From the IMG/VR virus record IMGVR_UViG_3300046007_007030: a stretch of DNA of 64,000 nucleotides. The stretch is one strand, 5' to 3'. The notes below the pieces were generated by a model, which did not search any database, was not told the origin of the DNA, and saw only the letters and a program-made list of their open reading frames with translations. This DNA is from a virus. The position numbers and the translations under genes are program-made. This document shows, piece after piece, positions 16,619 through 26,312 of the stretch; positions within the stretch are counted from its first letter, which is position 1, and each line of letters opens with the position of its first letter.

Positions 16619-16920
16619 TTATCACCCGTCGGTGTTAGAGTTGTTTTTGTCTTTTCTTGTATCATTAGATCACCTTCTAATACCCTGGTGATCTTCTCTT
16701 GACCTCTGGTCCAAGCCGAGACTCCGATGATGGCAGCCATGGCTATGTGATAGAAACCGCCGTCCTTGAGAGTGATCGGATCCCAGTTGTTGTCGGTCTT
16801 CAAGTAGTAACCTAGCGAGAAGTCACATAGTGGAAATATGATGAAGTCGAATATACACACGGTGAAGTACTGCCAAGCGATCGCCGGCCTCCAGTACTGC
16901 TTGACCCACGACTCTTCCAT
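16615..16920 (-). CDS. holin-like membrane protein
   Basis: WRPAIAWQY + TM helix, GGFYHIAMAAIIGVSAWTRGQEK; translationally coupled to the endolysin. Confidence 0.65.
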   Translation of the reverse strand: MEESWVKQYWRPAIAWQYFTVCIFDFIIFPLCDFSLGYYLKTDNNWDPITLKDGGFYHIAMAAIIGVSAWTRGQEKITRVLEGDLMIQEKTKTTLTPTGDK

Positions 16921-17711
16921 TACATCATCATCCTATTGAGAGTGTCGGTGTCGATGGCACCGGTAGCTGGTAATTTGTTCTTCGTCTGAAAGTCCTTGAC
17001 CGCCTGTTCGGTCTTAACGCCGAAGTCACCGTCGGCTACGATTGCAGCACCCTTCCTGACGAGCATGTCTTGCAGGTCCTTGACGTAGGAAGACTTGTCG
17101 CCTCTCTTCGCCACGACTATGGGAGGAATCAGCGGATCTACTGGCGCAGGAGGTGGTTCCGATGATTCATAAGTTGACAATTTCAGGTCTTTAGGTATAA
17201 TAGCTTTGGCCTTCACAAGATACTGCTTACGATCGTCGATGCCGTTGAAGCCGCCATTGATCCTCTTAGTGATCGTCATGACGTCGTCATTGTCTGCGAA
17301 TGCTGACAATCCCCTAGAATTCCAGTACTCACACGCGGTCTTGATAGAGACCAGTGGATCCTTGGCCAGTTCTGGGTTGTTCTCCAGGTCGTAACCTAGC
17401 TTCTGTCCATAAGTCCTGTAGTTGGCCCTGCCTGTCAGCTGGAAGATGCCGCGGCCCTTGTAGCGCCTGCCATCTCCTGGCTGTGTATTGCCTAAGTCTT
17501 TGCGGCCCTCGTAGGCCGCTCCGGTAGCGTACTCCTCGAGAGTCCTGAAGCTGGCAGACTCGTGAGCCGCCTGAGCCAGGAAATGACATACCCTGAGATA
17601 GGTGTTGATGTTGTACTTCGCTAGCTGATCATTCAAGTTATCGGCTAGGTGAGCTATGATCTCCTCCTTCGCAGAAGGAGCCAGTTTTCTAAGCATATCT
17701 TTGGTTATCAT
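16920..17711 (-). CDS. endolysin, GH19 chitinase-like with C-terminal peptidoglycan-binding domain
   Basis: HFLAQAAHES, YKGRGIFQLTGRANY, ITKRINGGFNG; PG_binding-like DGDFGVKTEQAVKDFQ. Confidence 0.92.
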   Translation of the reverse strand: MITKDMLRKLAPSAKEEIIAHLADNLNDQLAKYNINTYLRVCHFLAQAAHESASFRTLEEYATGAAYEGRKDLGNTQPGDGRRYKGRGIFQLTGRANYRTYGQKLGYDLENNPELAKDPLVSIKTACEYWNSRGLSAFADNDDVMTITKRINGGFNGIDDRKQYLVKAKAIIPKDLKLSTYESSEPPPAPVDPLIPPIVVAKRGDKSSYVKDLQDMLVRKGAAIVADGDFGVKTEQAVKDFQTKNKLPATGAIDTDTLNRMMM

Positions 17712-17718
17712 GTCGTCC

Positions 17719-18750
17719 TCATGCGTCTTCGAATCTGATGACTACTAGTCCTTGGCCGCCAGTGAGTGCTTGATCGGCTCCTCGTCCTACGCCTACGCCA
17801 GCGATGTAGTCGGCATCGCTAGTGTTAGGAGGATTTACATTTGCAGAAAAAGCACCTTTGACTCCTTGCAGATTCGTAGTATTGGTGGCTCCATCTACGT
17901 AACTAGAGCCGCCGCCTCCGCCTCCGCCTCCATGATTGTTAGCATCACCGCCGCGGCCGCCTCCGCCTCCGCCGTAGTAACCCGCGCCACCGCCTCCGGC
18001 ACCACCACGATCGCTGCCGTACGCACTCCTATCGCCACCTTCACCTGCTAATCCGCCTAGTACTGCGTTTGCGCCATTGATACCTTTGTTAGTACTATTT
18101 GTAGTATTGCCATCACCTCCCTTATAGATGGCGCCAACAGATCCGTCTCCTTCACCAGGGCCGCCGATGCCTCCACTTGTCTGAGTGCCACCAGTGCCGC
18201 CTCTGTAGTCACTCGTTCCTCCTACTAATCCGCCACCAGCACCGCCGTTGCCGCCTGTAGTATTACGGCCTCCTCCTCCACCTCCGCCTCCGCCGGCAAT
18301 GAGCAGTGGAGTCGTTCCCCTAAAAATACCGGCGAAAGAGCCACCGCCTCCGCCAAGTGCGTCAGCGCCAGACTCACCGAGTCCACCCGTAGGAACAAAA
18401 ATATTGAGTACTTCACCTGGTGTTACTGATATAGTTCCTTTTACATAACCTCCAGAGCCACCACCGCCGCCGGAATCTCCTTGTCCTCTTCCGGTATCGC
18501 CACCTCCGCCGCCTGCTCCCCAACACTTGACGTATATCTTGTCGTATATCGAAGACAGATTAGTAGGAACCGTGAAAGTAGTATATCCAGTAGTAGAGAA
18601 GACGTAAGTCGGGGCGATCGGTCCCCAACGCTTCCATACGCCACCGACATTGATGTATCCGGAGCTGACTAGCTTCCAGACGCCGCCGACGTTGATCCAC
18701 TCGTCTTTGACTTCTTTGAACACTCCGCCTATGTTGACGTACTTCGCCAT
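17719..18750 (-). CDS. glycine-rich fibre-tip adhesin (gp38-like)
   Basis: Three N-terminal (I/V)N(I/V)GGV(W/F)K repeats followed by many poly-Gly runs; downstream of a fibre gene and its chaperone. Confidence 0.65.
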   Translation of the reverse strand: MAKYVNIGGVFKEVKDEWINVGGVWKLVSSGYINVGGVWKRWGPIAPTYVFSTTGYTTFTVPTNLSSIYDKIYVKCWGAGGGGGDTGRGQGDSGGGGGSGGYVKGTISVTPGEVLNIFVPTGGLGESGADALGGGGGSFAGIFRGTTPLLIAGGGGGGGGGRNTTGGNGGAGGGLVGGTSDYRGGTGGTQTSGGIGGPGEGDGSVGAIYKGGDGNTTNSTNKGINGANAVLGGLAGEGGDRSAYGSDRGGAGGGGAGYYGGGGGGRGGDANNHGGGGGGGGSSYVDGATNTTNLQGVKGAFSANVNPPNTSDADYIAGVGVGRGADQALTGGQGLVVIRFEDA

Positions 18751-18751
18751 G

Positions 18752-19432
18752 TCAGATCACATTCTCCGGCCAGTACTTAGGTTCGTTGAAGTCTTGTGGA
18801 ATCGGATTCATATTCTTGATGTTCCAGCTGTGCTCATAGACTCTCGTGACGTATCCCATGATTCTCTGCCAGAGGAGTGACATCTGAGCCGGCGTCAAGT
18901 CGTACATGACGTTCTTATCATCTCTAAAAGTCATCTTAGTAGTGACTCCCTGAGACACATAGAGATTAGCGAGTGTCGCCAGATTGGTCAAGTTTCTCAT
19001 GTCTTCTGGAGTACCACGTACGTAGATGACGCCGATTCCGTCGAGACTGACTGAACAACCGGCAGCTATCTTCTTCTCGCGTGTCACATTGACTTCGAGT
19101 CTCATCTGATCCTGCATCGACGCCAACTCGTCTGCATCTAGGTCCAAGACTGACCACGTCTGCGTGACTGAGTTAGTCTTAGGATCGATCTTCAAGTCTT
19201 CGAGAGGAGTCTTGACGAGCTTCTTCTCGTACTTGTTGTAGTCTGGTGCTATGGTGTCGATGAATCCATAGTACCCGTCTTGGACGAGCCACGCGTCTGT
19301 TGGCCTCTTGCCTGAAGAAGTCTTGAATGTGAGTGGTGCGTCGGAGATCTGTTTCACCTTGCCGTTCTCGACTAAGACGAATTTATTCCACTTGCGCGTT
19401 CCGACGTCTGGATCTATCTGAATTTTTGCCAT
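18752..19432 (-). CDS. tail fibre assembly chaperone (DUF4376-like)
   Basis: C-terminal FRDDKNVMYDLTPAQM pattern; lies between fibre and adhesin. Confidence 0.6.
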   Translation of the reverse strand: MAKIQIDPDVGTRKWNKFVLVENGKVKQISDAPLTFKTSSGKRPTDAWLVQDGYYGFIDTIAPDYNKYEKKLVKTPLEDLKIDPKTNSVTQTWSVLDLDADELASMQDQMRLEVNVTREKKIAAGCSVSLDGIGVIYVRGTPEDMRNLTNLATLANLYVSQGVTTKMTFRDDKNVMYDLTPAQMSLLWQRIMGYVTRVYEHSWNIKNMNPIPQDFNEPKYWPENVI

Positions 19433-19444
19433 GTCCCTATTTCC

Positions 19445-22400
19445 TTAAGCGATGTACTGGAGCCAGATGTCGCCAGCCGAGCCTCCTGATGGACTGGTCG
19501 TAGCCACATACCTATTGCCCGTAGCGTTATTACCCCAGACGACGCCAGACACGCGTATCGCGGTAGAGTTGATCAGAGCATTCGAGGTGGAGTTGCCGAC
19601 TAGGATCCTGGACGGATTCACGTCTACTGCCATCGTGCTATTACTGGTCAACAGAGTATTGAAGTCCAGCGCCATGTTGGCAGTGGTGTTGCCAATGAAT
19701 AGCCTGCTGGTAGAAATCGATACGTTAGAACCGACATTCACCGTAGTAGTGAATATCGGCGCCGTGACGTTCGCGTAGTAGGATGGTAGCTGACCACTGA
19801 AGTATGTAGCGTTATTCGAAGTCAGTGTCGCCACGTTGGCCGAGAGACCTCCAGATGTCTGATAGAATGAAGATAGCTGACCGTTGAAGTACGTAGAGTT
19901 GTTCGAAGTCAGTGTCGCCACGTTGGCCGAGAGACCGGCTCTTGTCTGATAGTCGGCCAGAGTAGTCGTGAGAGTAGAAGTATTGACCACGGCTGCAGCC
20001 GCCGTACTTCCCACGAACGAGGTATTATTAGCAGTGCCTGTGAAGAACGTGCTATTCACGGTGCTGTTGACCGTGCTGTTGCCTATGAATAGGACGCTCG
20101 AGTTTAGTGTGACATTGGCGCCAACTGTGACGTTTGCAGAAGCGCTGACAGTCGTCGCAGCGACGTTACCGGTCAAGTTCGCGCTTACCGAAGTAGCGCT
20201 GAGAGAAGTGACGTCAGTCACAGCACCAGCGATCGACGCCGCTCCCTCTACTCTCAACTTATGAGCCGGTATGTTATTGCCTACGCCGAAGTTACCATTC
20301 GCCGCTGCTAAGAGCACGTTGGCGCTGGCGTTTACTACCCTGAAGGTCGCTGTTATGGAGTTGTTAGTTCCATTCAGCGTCGAGTTGCCATTGAAGACTA
20401 AGTTACCGGCTAGAGTATAGTTCGCTGAGGTGTTGACGTAGTTAGTAGCACTCACACCAGCGAGTTGAGTGGAGTTCAGCGCAGTCATCGTGGCCACGTT
20501 TGCAGCCAGAGTTGAATTCAGCTGATAAGATCCAGAGGCAGTACCACCTAGGTGAGTGGCGTAGATTCCGGTCGTATTTGCGAACTGAGTAGCGCCAATC
20601 CTATAAGAAACGGCGTTGACGAGGGTAGAGTTAGCCAGGAACGCAGACCCTATCGAAAACGCTGAAGTGTTTATGAGTACGCTGGCTCCGACTGTCACGT
20701 TTGCCGTGGCAGACACGAAGGTGGCAGTAACGTTACCGGTCAGATTACCCGATATGCTCGTCGTCGAGATGAAGTTAGAATTGATAGTGGTAGCACCGGC
20801 GGTGTTTTGGACTACGACTTGTGGAGCTGAAGTCACACTATTATTGCCGACCACTACATCCGTGGAGCGCACCTGCACTCTCGAAATCGTGTTACTCAAG
20901 AGGATGAGAGAAGTGTTGACCAGGACGTTAGCGCCCACGGCGACGTTAGAAGAGACGTTGATAGTGCTCGCTACCACATTACCAACGAACGCCGTCGAGT
21001 TGACAGAGATGTTGACAGAGGCGTTACCTATGCTGACGTTAGCATTGGATAGCCAGCCGTTAGAAGCGAACTTATAGACCCAACTGACGCCAGTGGTGTC
21101 CACTGTGAGTCCGGCTCCGTCGGCAGCGGCTGAAGTAGGTACGCTCTTGGCGACCGTGATATTCAGATCTGTGACGTCGAGAGTGGCCGTGTTCAGTGAG
21201 GTAGTAGTACCAGTCACTACTAGATTGCCGTTGATGGTGAGGTTAGCGGTCACCACATCGGTAGAGTTGGCCTTGAAAGCCGTGCCTACTTGGAAGGTAG
21301 CCGCGTTGACGGTCGTGGCATTCACTGTAGTAGCGTTAGCAGTCGTGACCGTCAGACTCGAAGAATTGATCGAAGTCGAGTTGATCGAGGTAGAGTTGAT
21401 CGATGTAGAGTTGACTCTTCCAGCCACCACGTTACCTACGAAGGCGCTGCTATTGGCGTAGACATTTCCACCAGCAGACCCGACTACTACATTTGTAGTA
21501 GAGAAAAAGTTCGTGGTGTTAACTGTAGTAGCATTGACCGAGGTAGAGTTGACCGTAGTAGCGTTGGCCGTCGTGACATTAGAAGTAGTAGCCGTCATCG
21601 ACGAGGCATTCACGGAAGTAGCGTTCACCGACGTCGAGTTGATCGAGGTAGAGTTCAAGGAAGTGCTGTTGACACTGACGGCGAATACATTACCTACGAA
21701 CGCGCTGCTGTTGACGGTAGAGTTGACTGACGAGTTGCCTATAGTGATAGAAGCAGTGCCGATCGCCACATTGAAGGTGCTATTACTGATCCTAAGAGCG
21801 TCTATGGTCAACTGACCATTAGCCGTAGAGTTACCTATTGATATGCCGTCTAGATTGACGTTAGCGAAGCGCCCAGAGCTGTTAGACACTCTGACGGAGT
21901 GACTGAACATCACGGAGTTGACGCTGCTGTTACCGACGGCGTATCTACCGTTTATCGGTACGTTCACATCGACGACATGCGCCGAACCCCACAGAAAAGA
22001 ACTGTTTCCAAGGGAGAATGATTCGGTGACGCTCGGAGTGAAGTCGCCGCCAGCTACAGAGTCGCTAACTGAAGTCAGAGTACCATCGACGATCACATCA
22101 CCATCGACCAAGATGTTTCCATTGACTCTAGCGTTTCCTCTAACTCTGAGTACGTACTGAGCAGCGGCTGGCTCTATTACTACGTTCGCAGTGGTGTTAC
22201 CCATGGAGAGGATCGTCGAGTTGATCCAGACATTTGAGCCTATGTTGATCGTGGCGCCGACGGTGTTGATTACCACGTTTCCAGCGTTTATGCCAGATGG
22301 GCTGAAGTTAGCACTAGATACCGAGTTAGTCAGTTGAATAGTAGGAGTGTTGGCGACCGTGCTATTACCCACGGTTATGTTGCCGCCTGATACATTCATC

Positions 22401-24370
22401 GACGGGATGAGAGTGTTACCGGTTATCTTTAAGCCGGCAGTATCGAGCATCACATTAGCGCCGACGTCTACTCTCGAAGTGCTTATCGACACTAGACCTA
22501 TGTTAGCCGAAGTAGCGAACACTCCATGAGGAGCATACACGTTGCCGGTGATGTTAGTATTTCCAGTGATGGCTACATTACCGGCGAAGTTGGCTTGACC
22601 CCTGACCGCATTAGAGATGTAGAGGTTGGCTACCGCGATATTCGCCGTAGCATTGGCGGATATGACAGTGATGATAGAGCTGTTCATCACCGTGTTGATT
22701 GAAGCGTTGCCAATCAGCAGCGTCGAAGAGTTGGCTACTACATTAGCGCCGACGCTCATGTGAGTCGCATTGACTGTAGAGATTCCGGCAGTGAATACGC
22801 CTGGAGACACGTTAGAACTAGAAGTAGAGTTCTGTACTCTGACTAGTGCGGTGTCCGTGACAGAATCATTTCCGATGGTCAGATTAGAAGAACGCAGAGT
22901 CGCGGTAGCGACCGTCGAGTTGCCGTTGATAGCGATCGTCGCGGCGTTGATATTAGAGTTTCCGACTGAGAACGTAGTGGTGTTGACGAGGGTAGCGCCC
23001 ACCACCACGTTTCCACTGAATATGCCTCGAGGAGCGTTGACGTTAGCGCTGGCATTGATATTTCCAGTGACGTTTAGGTTAGCGCCTACGTTAGTCTGAC
23101 CTGCTAAGTTAGCAGTGCCGTTGACGGTCAGCTTGGAACTTCTAGAAGTGGTAGGAGGACCTATGGTGAAGTTGCCAGTTCCGCTGAACCTAGCGATCTC
23201 GTCCTTAGCCATCATTCCACCGACGTGGAAGATGATCGGGTTGTTGGCCTCGGTCAGGTCGTAGTACTCGTCTCTGAGAGTGATAGTGCCAGAACCGGCG
23301 CCAGTCGTATTCTTAGAGATCCTGAACGCCGTGGAGTTGATCATAGAGGTGACGTACGTGCCGGTGTCGATGCCGGTGCCAGTGACGTCCATGTCGATAG
23401 TCACGCTGTTAGTGGTCAGAATGTCATTCGTGGGATTACCAGAGTTGACAGTGATAGTATTGACGCCAGCGCCGAACGAGGTCTGCACCGTCACCGTAGT
23501 CGACCTGATGCCGCCTGGAGTGGTACCGATGGTCAGCGCCGAGTTGGCGTTATAGAGGTAGCCGTCGCCGCGCTTACCTACGGTGAACGCATAGTTTCTA
23601 CGAGAGAGCGTGTTCGCTTCTGGAGAGAAGAAGGCCACGGAGTGAAGGACGTCGGCATTAGCTGCAGAAGACACCGCTCGAACGGCCAAGTTCGAACCGG
23701 TCGTATTAGAGAAGTTCGCCATGCCTACGTACGTCGGCAGGCCGTCGTCTTCACTTACGCGGATCTTTAGAGAGATCGCGGTAGAATTGATAACAGTGAT
23801 GTCGCGGATCTGACCGACGGCTATGTTTGCGCCGGCGCCGTTCTTCTGGAAGACCGTCTCGCCGAGCTGCCAGCTAGCGGCAGCCGCGTTGACGATGATC
23901 CTGTGAATTCGACCGTCGAACCTAGAGTTGTTGATTCCAACGTCGTTGAAGTTGCTGAGGCCGTTGGTGTTGTCAGCGTAGATGATGAGGTCGGCACAGG
24001 CGTCGTCCAGCTGGGACAGGTTCTGAGAGCTGACCATGACGAAGCCGTTGAAGTTTTCCACGGCCTGGATGATCGTCGGCAGATTCTGGACCATCGTTTC
24101 AGTGTTACCGACGAAGAGCTTCCTGTCGACGAAGACGTTAGCCTTGAAAGAAGCATTAGCCACGACGTTGAGCGTGGTCTCGGTACTGTTTACGCCGATC
24201 TGTATGGTGTTGCCTAGGAAGGCGGCGTTGCCGGCGATATTGGCCGTCCCATTGACGGTGAAGACCGCGCTTGGAGTGGTGGTGTTTATGCCCACGTTCG
24301 AGCCGTTGACCACCAGCACGTTGGTGTTCACGACTAGTCCATTCTTTACGACGAAGTCTTTGTCCGCCAT
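19445..24370 (-). CDS. long tail fibre protein (1641 aa)
   Basis: MADKDFVVKNGL start; N/S/T/V/G-rich beta repeats; C-terminal SPSGGSAGDIWLQY. Confidence 0.85.
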   Translation of the reverse strand: MADKDFVVKNGLVVNTNVLVVNGSNVGINTTTPSAVFTVNGTANIAGNAAFLGNTIQIGVNSTETTLNVVANASFKANVFVDRKLFVGNTETMVQNLPTIIQAVENFNGFVMVSSQNLSQLDDACADLIIYADNTNGLSNFNDVGINNSRFDGRIHRIIVNAAAASWQLGETVFQKNGAGANIAVGQIRDITVINSTAISLKIRVSEDDGLPTYVGMANFSNTTGSNLAVRAVSSAANADVLHSVAFFSPEANTLSRRNYAFTVGKRGDGYLYNANSALTIGTTPGGIRSTTVTVQTSFGAGVNTITVNSGNPTNDILTTNSVTIDMDVTGTGIDTGTYVTSMINSTAFRISKNTTGAGSGTITLRDEYYDLTEANNPIIFHVGGMMAKDEIARFSGTGNFTIGPPTTSRSSKLTVNGTANLAGQTNVGANLNVTGNINASANVNAPRGIFSGNVVVGATLVNTTTFSVGNSNINAATIAINGNSTVATATLRSSNLTIGNDSVTDTALVRVQNSTSSSNVSPGVFTAGISTVNATHMSVGANVVANSSTLLIGNASINTVMNSSIITVISANATANIAVANLYISNAVRGQANFAGNVAITGNTNITGNVYAPHGVFATSANIGLVSISTSRVDVGANVMLDTAGLKITGNTLIPSMNVSGGNITVGNSTVANTPTIQLTNSVSSANFSPSGINAGNVVINTVGATINIGSNVWINSTILSMGNTTANVVIEPAAAQYVLRVRGNARVNGNILVDGDVIVDGTLTSVSDSVAGGDFTPSVTESFSLGNSSFLWGSAHVVDVNVPINGRYAVGNSSVNSVMFSHSVRVSNSSGRFANVNLDGISIGNSTANGQLTIDALRISNSTFNVAIGTASITIGNSSVNSTVNSSAFVGNVFAVSVNSTSLNSTSINSTSVNATSVNASSMTATTSNVTTANATTVNSTSVNATTVNTTNFFSTTNVVVGSAGGNVYANSSAFVGNVVAGRVNSTSINSTSINSTSINSSSLTVTTANATTVNATTVNAATFQVGTAFKANSTDVVTANLTINGNLVVTGTTTSLNTATLDVTDLNITVAKSVPTSAAADGAGLTVDTTGVSWVYKFASNGWLSNANVSIGNASVNISVNSTAFVGNVVASTINVSSNVAVGANVLVNTSLILLSNTISRVQVRSTDVVVGNNSVTSAPQVVVQNTAGATTINSNFISTTSISGNLTGNVTATFVSATANVTVGASVLINTSAFSIGSAFLANSTLVNAVSYRIGATQFANTTGIYATHLGGTASGSYQLNSTLAANVATMTALNSTQLAGVSATNYVNTSANYTLAGNLVFNGNSTLNGTNNSITATFRVVNASANVLLAAANGNFGVGNNIPAHKLRVEGAASIAGAVTDVTSLSATSVSANLTGNVAATTVSASANVTVGANVTLNSSVLFIGNSTVNSTVNSTFFTGTANNTSFVGSTAAAAVVNTSTLTTTLADYQTRAGLSANVATLTSNNSTYFNGQLSSFYQTSGGLSANVATLTSNNATYFSGQLPSYYANVTAPIFTTTVNVGSNVSISTSRLFIGNTTANMALDFNTLLTSNSTMAVDVNPSRILVGNSTSNALINSTAIRVSGVVWGNNATGNRYVATTSPSGGSAGDIWLQYIA
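21300..21680. repeat. degenerate 15-bp tandem repeats encoding (V/I)N(S/A)T(S/T) pentapeptides, two blocks
   Basis: VNSTSINSTSINSTSINSSS and VNSTSLNSTSINSTSVNATSVNASS...VNSTSVNATTVNTT. Confidence 0.8.
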
Positions 24371-24400
24371 GGTTCCCTGTCCCCTATGGTTCTTTTCTTA

Positions 24401-24408
24401 TATTTATA
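24401..24408 (-). promoter_or_regulatory. T4-type late promoter TATAAATA upstream of the 1641-aa fibre
   Basis: Exact match in the 24371-24472 intergenic region. Confidence 0.85.
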
Positions 24409-24472
24409 GCTCCCGGAGAAGCTCTCCAGGACATCTTATATGCTATTTAGCTAAATCGTATTTCTGACTAAG

Positions 24473-25309
24473 TTAGAACGTAAAGCTGTAGTATCCAGAA
24501 TGCAGATGATTGTCGTTGCTGACGTCATTCGAATCTATAGTTTGATTCGATGAAGTGTTGCCAGAACTGAATGCGTTGCCTCCAGCTGTAAAGTTAAGAG
24601 CGCCGTATGCCGTGATCCAAGGACCAGGAGAAGTGCCTGCAGGTTCTGTCAATCTTGCTGATAAAGTCGGCGTGATATTATTCGCCGAAGCAGCACACGC
24701 AAATCCCCACGCAATCAAAGGCGCGGTGACTGCAGAGATAGTGATTGTCTGTTGCGTAGGATCAGCATTAGTAGCTTGACTAGTCTGTCTTACAGCTGTG
24801 ATCGATGCTATGGGCTTACTGGTTCTAAATACCGCTATGTTCCAGCCGACGCCAGCGCTACCATTTTGAACGGCATACGTTGCACCTGGATCAGTAGTAC
24901 TTAAAATTTTATAATGTATTCTAGATCTCATAAAACTTCCAGTAGTTCCACCTGCTGGAGTAACTTCAGTCCAGGACGCATCTATTGTCGTTGCGCTTGG
25001 GAGCGAAAGAGCGTTTATTCCCGCATGGTGCCATATTGCAAAATCTCCGGCAGCTGCAGTGGCAGGCACCGTCATTGGTGAAGTAGTACCGTAATTTGAT
25101 GCTACTAAGCCGAGGGTATTTGCAGTCGAGTAGGTCTTGCTATAATAATCCGACATAGCAATTTGACCAGCATTGATGCGTGCCAGCGTTCTTGAAGCAC
25201 TTTCATCCATGGTTATAGTAGCAGTCGCGGCTCTGCCTATTTCAAGATTAACGCTACGTCCCACAGTGGAGCCACCGAGTGATATTACTCCAGATGCGCT
25301 GATAGTCAT
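24473..25309 (-). CDS. putative fibre-tip adhesin / receptor-binding protein
   Basis: N-terminal SGVISL...IAMSDYYSK attachment-type motif followed by a beta-rich domain; downstream of the S74-capped fibre and chaperone; low GC. Confidence 0.6.
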   Translation of the reverse strand: MTISASGVISLGGSTVGRSVNLEIGRAATATITMDESASRTLARINAGQIAMSDYYSKTYSTANTLGLVASNYGTTSPMTVPATAAAGDFAIWHHAGINALSLPSATTIDASWTEVTPAGGTTGSFMRSRIHYKILSTTDPGATYAVQNGSAGVGWNIAVFRTSKPIASITAVRQTSQATNADPTQQTITISAVTAPLIAWGFACAASANNITPTLSARLTEPAGTSPGPWITAYGALNFTAGGNAFSSGNTSSNQTIDSNDVSNDNHLHSGYYSFTF

Positions 25310-26311
25310 TTATATCTCTATGCTTTTTAGTTGTTCTATAGTAGTGCAAGACATGATCTGGTCGTGTTTGTTCTTCTCCCAAGACAGGACACTAGAAATA
25401 TTATTCTCATTAGCCTCTAGTAAGTTCCTTACGTCTTGCTTAGAGAGAGTAAACCACTCATCACTCAGTTTTTCATCGACCATATCGGAGTCCGACATGA
25501 GTAACCATCTCTGTAAGAGATTGATTCTAGTGTTAGAGTCTAGTACGATTCTTACTGTCTGATCATCGTAGACGTAGTCAAAGCCTCTGATTTGTTTTTC
25601 ATGACTGACATTAGCTAAGCGATTATTCAAGCCAACTTTAACTTCATCGACTGTACGATCAGACACTACTCGAGTGCATATCGCCTTACCTGAAGACGTG
25701 TCCCACGTGATACCATTATCATATTGAAAAATTGGATCGAATGTAGGCGCTGCGGAGTACTCTACTCTATAGAGTTTGATACGATCATTAACGACTAAGA
25801 CGTCATCTACGGGTAGTATCTGTTTTTTATACATGTCGGCGTCGACAGGAAATTCATAATTAGTAATGCCGCATAGCTTTAGCTTTTCGTTCGCTGTCAC
25901 AGAATTCCATCTAACTAGACCCCACACTTTTTCTGGGTTGTCTACTTCATCATCTATAACAAGTAAGTACTCTTCGTTACCAGTGTACTTCGTATCTACA
26001 CGCCACGGAATTTTTTTTTCAACTATGGGCGGATTTTTAGCAGTCCTGAGATCTTCATCTAGCCTATTTTTCAATGCATCGATGTCTTCTACTTGATCTA
26101 TCCAACCGAAAACAATCTCATCAGTTAGATCTGAGTAGTCAATAAAATTGTTTGGATCCGTCGTTGAAAAATACGTGTCGACGTACAGAGTGGTAAAGTC
26201 AAAATCTTCTTTTGCAGACCAGCACCACGTGACTCGTGACACGACGTTTGTGAAACCTTCTTTTTCAGATGAAACGTAGAGTGACAAAATTTCTCTTTGA
26301 TAAGTTATCAT
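25310..26311 (-). CDS. tail fibre assembly chaperone-like protein
   Basis: Acidic and low GC; C-terminus resembles DUF4376-type chaperones. Start re-placed at ATG 26311 (MITYQRE), just after the fibre stop. Confidence 0.55.
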   Translation of the reverse strand: MITYQREILSLYVSSEKEGFTNVVSRVTWCWSAKEDFDFTTLYVDTYFSTTDPNNFIDYSDLTDEIVFGWIDQVEDIDALKNRLDEDLRTAKNPPIVEKKIPWRVDTKYTGNEEYLLVIDDEVDNPEKVWGLVRWNSVTANEKLKLCGITNYEFPVDADMYKKQILPVDDVLVVNDRIKLYRVEYSAAPTFDPIFQYDNGITWDTSSGKAICTRVVSDRTVDEVKVGLNNRLANVSHEKQIRGFDYVYDDQTVRIVLDSNTRINLLQRWLLMSDSDMVDEKLSDEWFTLSKQDVRNLLEANENNISSVLSWEKNKHDQIMSCTTIEQLKSIEI

Positions 26312-26312
26312 A

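Noticed and set aside
24411-24460. Short hairpin (GGAGA-AGC-TCTCC) and 12-bp palindrome ATTTAGCTAAAT in the fibre intergenic region
   Set aside because: Too short and not seen elsewhere in the window, so no function can be supported.
26011-26019. A9 homopolymer in the chaperone gene as a frameshift or phase-variation site
   Set aside because: It lies in an AT-rich gene, encodes ordinary EKKI, and no alternative-frame product was evident.
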